From assembly GCA_963668025.2 (NCBI GenBank), contig CAXXTH010000012.1:64001-128000 (forward strand): a stretch of DNA of 64,000 nucleotides. The letters are read 5' to 3'. Positions 61,016 through 64,000 of the stretch are shown here, in pieces. The notes under the pieces were generated by a model. That model ran no database searches and had not been told where the DNA came from. It saw only the letters and a program-made list of their open reading frames with translations. The DNA comes from Candidatus Hydrogenedentota bacterium. Lineage in GTDB: Bacteria > Hydrogenedentota > Hydrogenedentia > Hydrogenedentales > SLHB01. A program made the translations under genes and the position numbers. Position 1 is the first letter of the stretch; every line of letters starts with the position of its first letter.

Positions 61016-61621
61016 ATGGCAGACTCTCCAACCTATACGGCATTCGCTGGCGAAAAGCGCATTGTTTCTGGCGATTTGAATACGATGCTCCTCCAGACCA
61101 AGGAGTTTTTGGATTCCGGCTCTTCAGGGCCCGTGTTGATCTTTGACGACCAGACGGGCAAAGAGGTCGATTTTGATTTCCGGGGCACGCCCGGGCAAGT
61201 GCTGGCGAGGCTTGCGTCCCACCCGCTTTTTGTTGCATCCGAAGCGCCGGCGGCTCCCAAGACAGGCCCGGGACGCCCAAACCTGGGTGTGGTTAGCCGC
61301 GAAGTTTCGTTGCTGCCTCGCCATTGGGACTGGTTGAGCAGCCAGCAAGGGGGTATTTCCGTGACCTTGCGGCGGCTCGTGGATGCGGAACGGAAGCGCA
61401 CGGGGGGAATGGAACGGGCGCGTGCGGCCCGTGATGCCGCCGGTAAATTCATGTGGACGATGGCTGGCAACCAGCCAGGTTTTGAGGAAGCCTCGCGCGC
61501 GTTGTATGCCAACGATCAGACGCGTCTGGAGAATCTCATCAAAGAATGGCCTCAAGACATTCGAGAACATTTACTCAGGCTTATGGCGAAAGTGGAACAT
61601 ATGGAACAGGCTGCGGAATAG
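61016..61621 (+). CDS. DUF2239-family protein
   Basis: LIFDDQTG..D.D.RG, GRPNLGVVSREVSLLPRHWDWL, FEEASRALYA. Confidence 0.88.
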   Translation: MADSPTYTAFAGEKRIVSGDLNTMLLQTKEFLDSGSSGPVLIFDDQTGKEVDFDFRGTPGQVLARLASHPLFVASEAPAAPKTGPGRPNLGVVSREVSLLPRHWDWLSSQQGGISVTLRRLVDAERKRTGGMERARAARDAAGKFMWTMAGNQPGFEEASRALYANDQTRLENLIKEWPQDIREHLLRLMAKVEHMEQAAE

Positions 61622-61641
61622 CCGTTTGCTTGGACTGCATG

Positions 61642-61680
61642 TTGATATCCACCTGTAACGTATAATCAGGTGGATATCAA
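61642..61680. terminator. Hairpin between convergent genes
   Basis: TTGATATCCACCTG/CAGGTGGATATCAA. Confidence 0.6.
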
Positions 61681-61910
61681 TCTCGTAATTCCCCTTTCCA
61701 AAATGCAAAACCGTATAATCCGGACAAGATTGCCGCAATGAGTGCGCATCCAGCGATATACAGCCAATCCTCTTCGAGGTTTAGTTTGCCTTCGTCATAA
61801 AGGCCATATGCCGCCAGGCCGCCCCCCGCCACCGCGCCAAAAACCGTGTAGATGACGTGGTCAAGCCAGTCCATGGGCTTTTCCATGTCCATATCGAATA
61901 ATCGAAACAT
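61677..61910 (-). CDS. Small two-TM protein
   Basis: GAGG RBS; PMDWLD..GAVAGG. Confidence 0.6.
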   Translation of the reverse strand: MFRLFDMDMEKPMDWLDHVIYTVFGAVAGGGLAAYGLYDEGKLNLEEDWLYIAGCALIAAILSGLYGFAFWKGELRD

Positions 61911-61920
61911 GATGACGCCT

Positions 61921-62187
61921 CTACCACCATCTTGATGCTTTACCCGCCACTCTATTCCATATATTTGGGCCGAATATCCCACCCAACAGGGCGGCGGAGA
62001 TAATGATGATTATGATGAAAAGCCAGGGCTTTTCAAGACACCAATAGCCTTCGGGATACCGATATTCATGACTCTTTATATGCAGTAAAAAAAAGACAGC
62101 CCCGGCGCCGCCAATGACCGCTCCAATGATCATGTCAATAAAGCGGTCTATCCAATCAATGGGAGGCTGGTCCGTATACAGCATCAT
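61921..62187 (-). CDS. Small two-TM protein, paralogue of the adjacent gene
   Basis: PIDWID..GAVIGG. Confidence 0.6.
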   Translation of the reverse strand: MMLYTDQPPIDWIDRFIDMIIGAVIGGAGAVFFLLHIKSHEYRYPEGYWCLEKPWLFIIIIIISAALLGGIFGPNIWNRVAGKASRWW

Positions 62188-62320
62188 CACCTCTATTGCA
62201 TGGCAACGGTTCAAGCCCTCACGCAGCTATGCTCAACCGTCTTCAAGATACGATATGCTATACAGATATTCAACTGAATGAACTTGCCCGAATCGCCGGA
62301 TAAAAAAAGAGATATGCACT

Positions 62321-62434
62321 TCTCGTAGCATGGGCGGGACGCCCATGCTACGAGATCGCACTGAATGGACAATAGTTTTGGCGTTTCCGTGTATAGGCGA
62401 ATCCCTTGAACGGTGGGGGCAATCTCCACCCTAC
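62321..62434. repeat. Two REP-type hairpins
   Basis: TCTCGTAGCATGGGCG-GGA-CGCCCATGCTACGAGA; 62391-62434 is a reverse copy of the REP at 24496. Confidence 0.75.
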
Positions 62435-62439
62435 AGAAA

Positions 62440-63384
62440 TTAGTTGCGGGTATACACGGCCCCTTCCGCTTTGTACACGAATTCGCGGATCTGTTCGAGC
62501 GTGCCTACGATGATGTCATATTCATATTCGAAGGTGTCATCTTTCTCAAATCGCTCATCCCGTAATGGCGAGATATATCCGGTGGACGGGTCTTTTTCGC
62601 CTCCGCCGGGCTTTCCACAAAAACCGCCCGTAAAGAATTGCGTATCCTTGTTATACACGCCGACGCCCCATAATTGATCATCCACCAGCGCGGCCCATTT
62701 TTCCGTGGGCTGCTCCCTTCCCCATGACGCCCATGGCGGCCCTTGATTCTTGATCTCGGTGAGCGCATCCATGGTGAACGGTTTCGGGCCTTCATAGGTG
62801 TACAAATGATAAAGGTCCGCAATCGTGTATACCGCGGGCAGCTCTTGGGAACGCGTTTCGACTCCCCACCGTTCATCCGTACGGTGAATGGATAGCCGGT
62901 TGCGGACATGCGCCGTGTTGCCTTTGAGCGACACCCATTGCTCGAAATAACACTCCCCAGGCTCGTTGTTCATATCCCACAATAGCGGAATAGTCTTCAC
63001 GTACGCTTCTTTCTTGCTCTGCCGGGACTCGGCCACCGTGGCGGAATGGCCATACGCATCTCCCACTTGGATGGGATTCCAGGACCATGGCGACCAGCTC
63101 TTACTCTGGCCTTCCGCGCGGCGGTCCAAGTCTTTACCTGCATAATAGGACTGTTGAATCTGCCTGCCCCGGTCGTAATTGTTAATCAGATTTCTATCTT
63201 CTCCCGAAACAGACAGATAGGTGATCGCACCGCCGGAATGGAGGTCCATGCGAACGGCAATCACGCCATTGTCTAGAGATAGACACGATTTTTCCGAATG
63301 CGCCGCAGGCGTGTTGCAAGCCATCAATCCACTCCCCAATAAAACCGCGCTCATTATCCACAGAGCTATTCTATTGTTATTCAT
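62440..63384 (-). CDS. Conserved-looking hypothetical lipoprotein (beta-rich, possibly carbohydrate-related)
   Basis: LMAC lipobox; NLINNYDRGRQIQQSYY, WNPIQ.GD, QELPAVY. Confidence 0.7.
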   Translation of the reverse strand: MNNNRIALWIMSAVLLGSGLMACNTPAAHSEKSCLSLDNGVIAVRMDLHSGGAITYLSVSGEDRNLINNYDRGRQIQQSYYAGKDLDRRAEGQSKSWSPWSWNPIQVGDAYGHSATVAESRQSKKEAYVKTIPLLWDMNNEPGECYFEQWVSLKGNTAHVRNRLSIHRTDERWGVETRSQELPAVYTIADLYHLYTYEGPKPFTMDALTEIKNQGPPWASWGREQPTEKWAALVDDQLWGVGVYNKDTQFFTGGFCGKPGGGEKDPSTGYISPLRDERFEKDDTFEYEYDIIVGTLEQIREFVYKAEGAVYTRN

Positions 63385-63419
63385 CTTCCGCATCCTTCTT
63401 TCACTCATCCGTATAAATT

Positions 63420-64000
63420 CTATCTTTCGGCATCCTCTATAGTGTAGTCAAGCAAGGGCCGGATGACGATATCTTCAAAATCCACTTCCGCGTTTTCGGC
63501 AAAGAAAAACAAGCGCTCCCCGCGTTCGTTGTTCCGGGTAATAATCGTCCGGCTATTGTTGATGCATACATCAATGATGTCATCCTTCATCACAATGTCG
63601 AGCATGAAAGGCTGCTCCAGCCCTTCCACGCCATCAATGCGATAGGGAACAAACCATGCAGCGGCAGGTTCTTTAGCGAGCTGGCCATTTTCCGGCATGC
63701 CGAATTGCACCTGTTTCGTCTCCGGTGCAAATTGAAGTTCACATCCTTTTTCATATAATCCAGCGCCACGGAAACAGAGTCCAAAACGTCCCGTTTTCCC
63801 AGAAGGCTTTACGAGCATGGTGATGCGCGCATTCCGCGGCATCGCGGCCTGCATGCCCATTTCGAGAGCGCCCGTGGAATGCACCTGGACGGCGGACGCA
63901 TCGCCTGAAGCATGCGGGGTCAATGAGGCAAATGGCCGTGTGATGGGCTGGCCTGATGGCGGGATAAATTCATCGGCAAACTTGAGCCCGAGAGCGCCGT
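63420..64000 (-). CDS. Glycoside hydrolase (GH32-like) C-terminal beta-sandwich, 5' partial
   Basis: Frame open to the window edge; LDIV..DIIDVCIN..RT pattern. Confidence 0.6.
   Translation of the reverse strand, partial: GALGLKFADEFIPPSGQPITRPFASLTPHASGDASAVQVHSTGALEMGMQAAMPRNARITMLVKPSGKTGRFGLCFRGAGLYEKGCELQFAPETKQVQFGMPENGQLAKEPAAAWFVPYRIDGVEGLEQPFMLDIVMKDDIIDVCINNSRTIITRNNERGERLFFFAENAEVDFEDIVIRPLLDYTIEDAER

Overview
Bacterial chromosomal window, GC-rich in coding regions. The gene content (H-X9-DG pseudopilin-like paralogues, many lipoproteins, GH4/GH27/SASA enzymes) suggests a Hydrogenedentes/PVC-like lineage, but this is inference only. Housekeeping and metabolic genes include leuD, prs, serA, trkA-trkH-trkH, a LarA-family gene, ETF-QO, a deoxyhypusine-synthase-like gene and a sugar ABC transporter. 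A partial flagellar block (fliM-fliY/N-fliA-hyp-swrB-like-fliK-flhB-like) is present. There are three insertion sequences: an intact ISKra4 with a 9-bp target duplication, an intact IS1380 with a 5-bp duplication, and an IS630 remnant. Also present are a frameshifted 13-PAS hybrid kinase and an ABC operon with an embedded STAS protein. The most notable signals are: (1) a modular family of palindromic intergenic repeats plus GTAG-REP hairpins sitting at the edges of duplicated, inserted or truncated genes (leuD 5' duplication cassette, three-gene pseudopilin array, IS630 break point, missing HEPN partner); (2) a tRNA-Leu with the rare A34 anticodon AAG; (3) two orphan promoter-to-terminator structured RNA candidates; (4) twin palindromic operators overlapping the DUF2239 promoter. 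All calls come from reading the sequence; no database searches were run.
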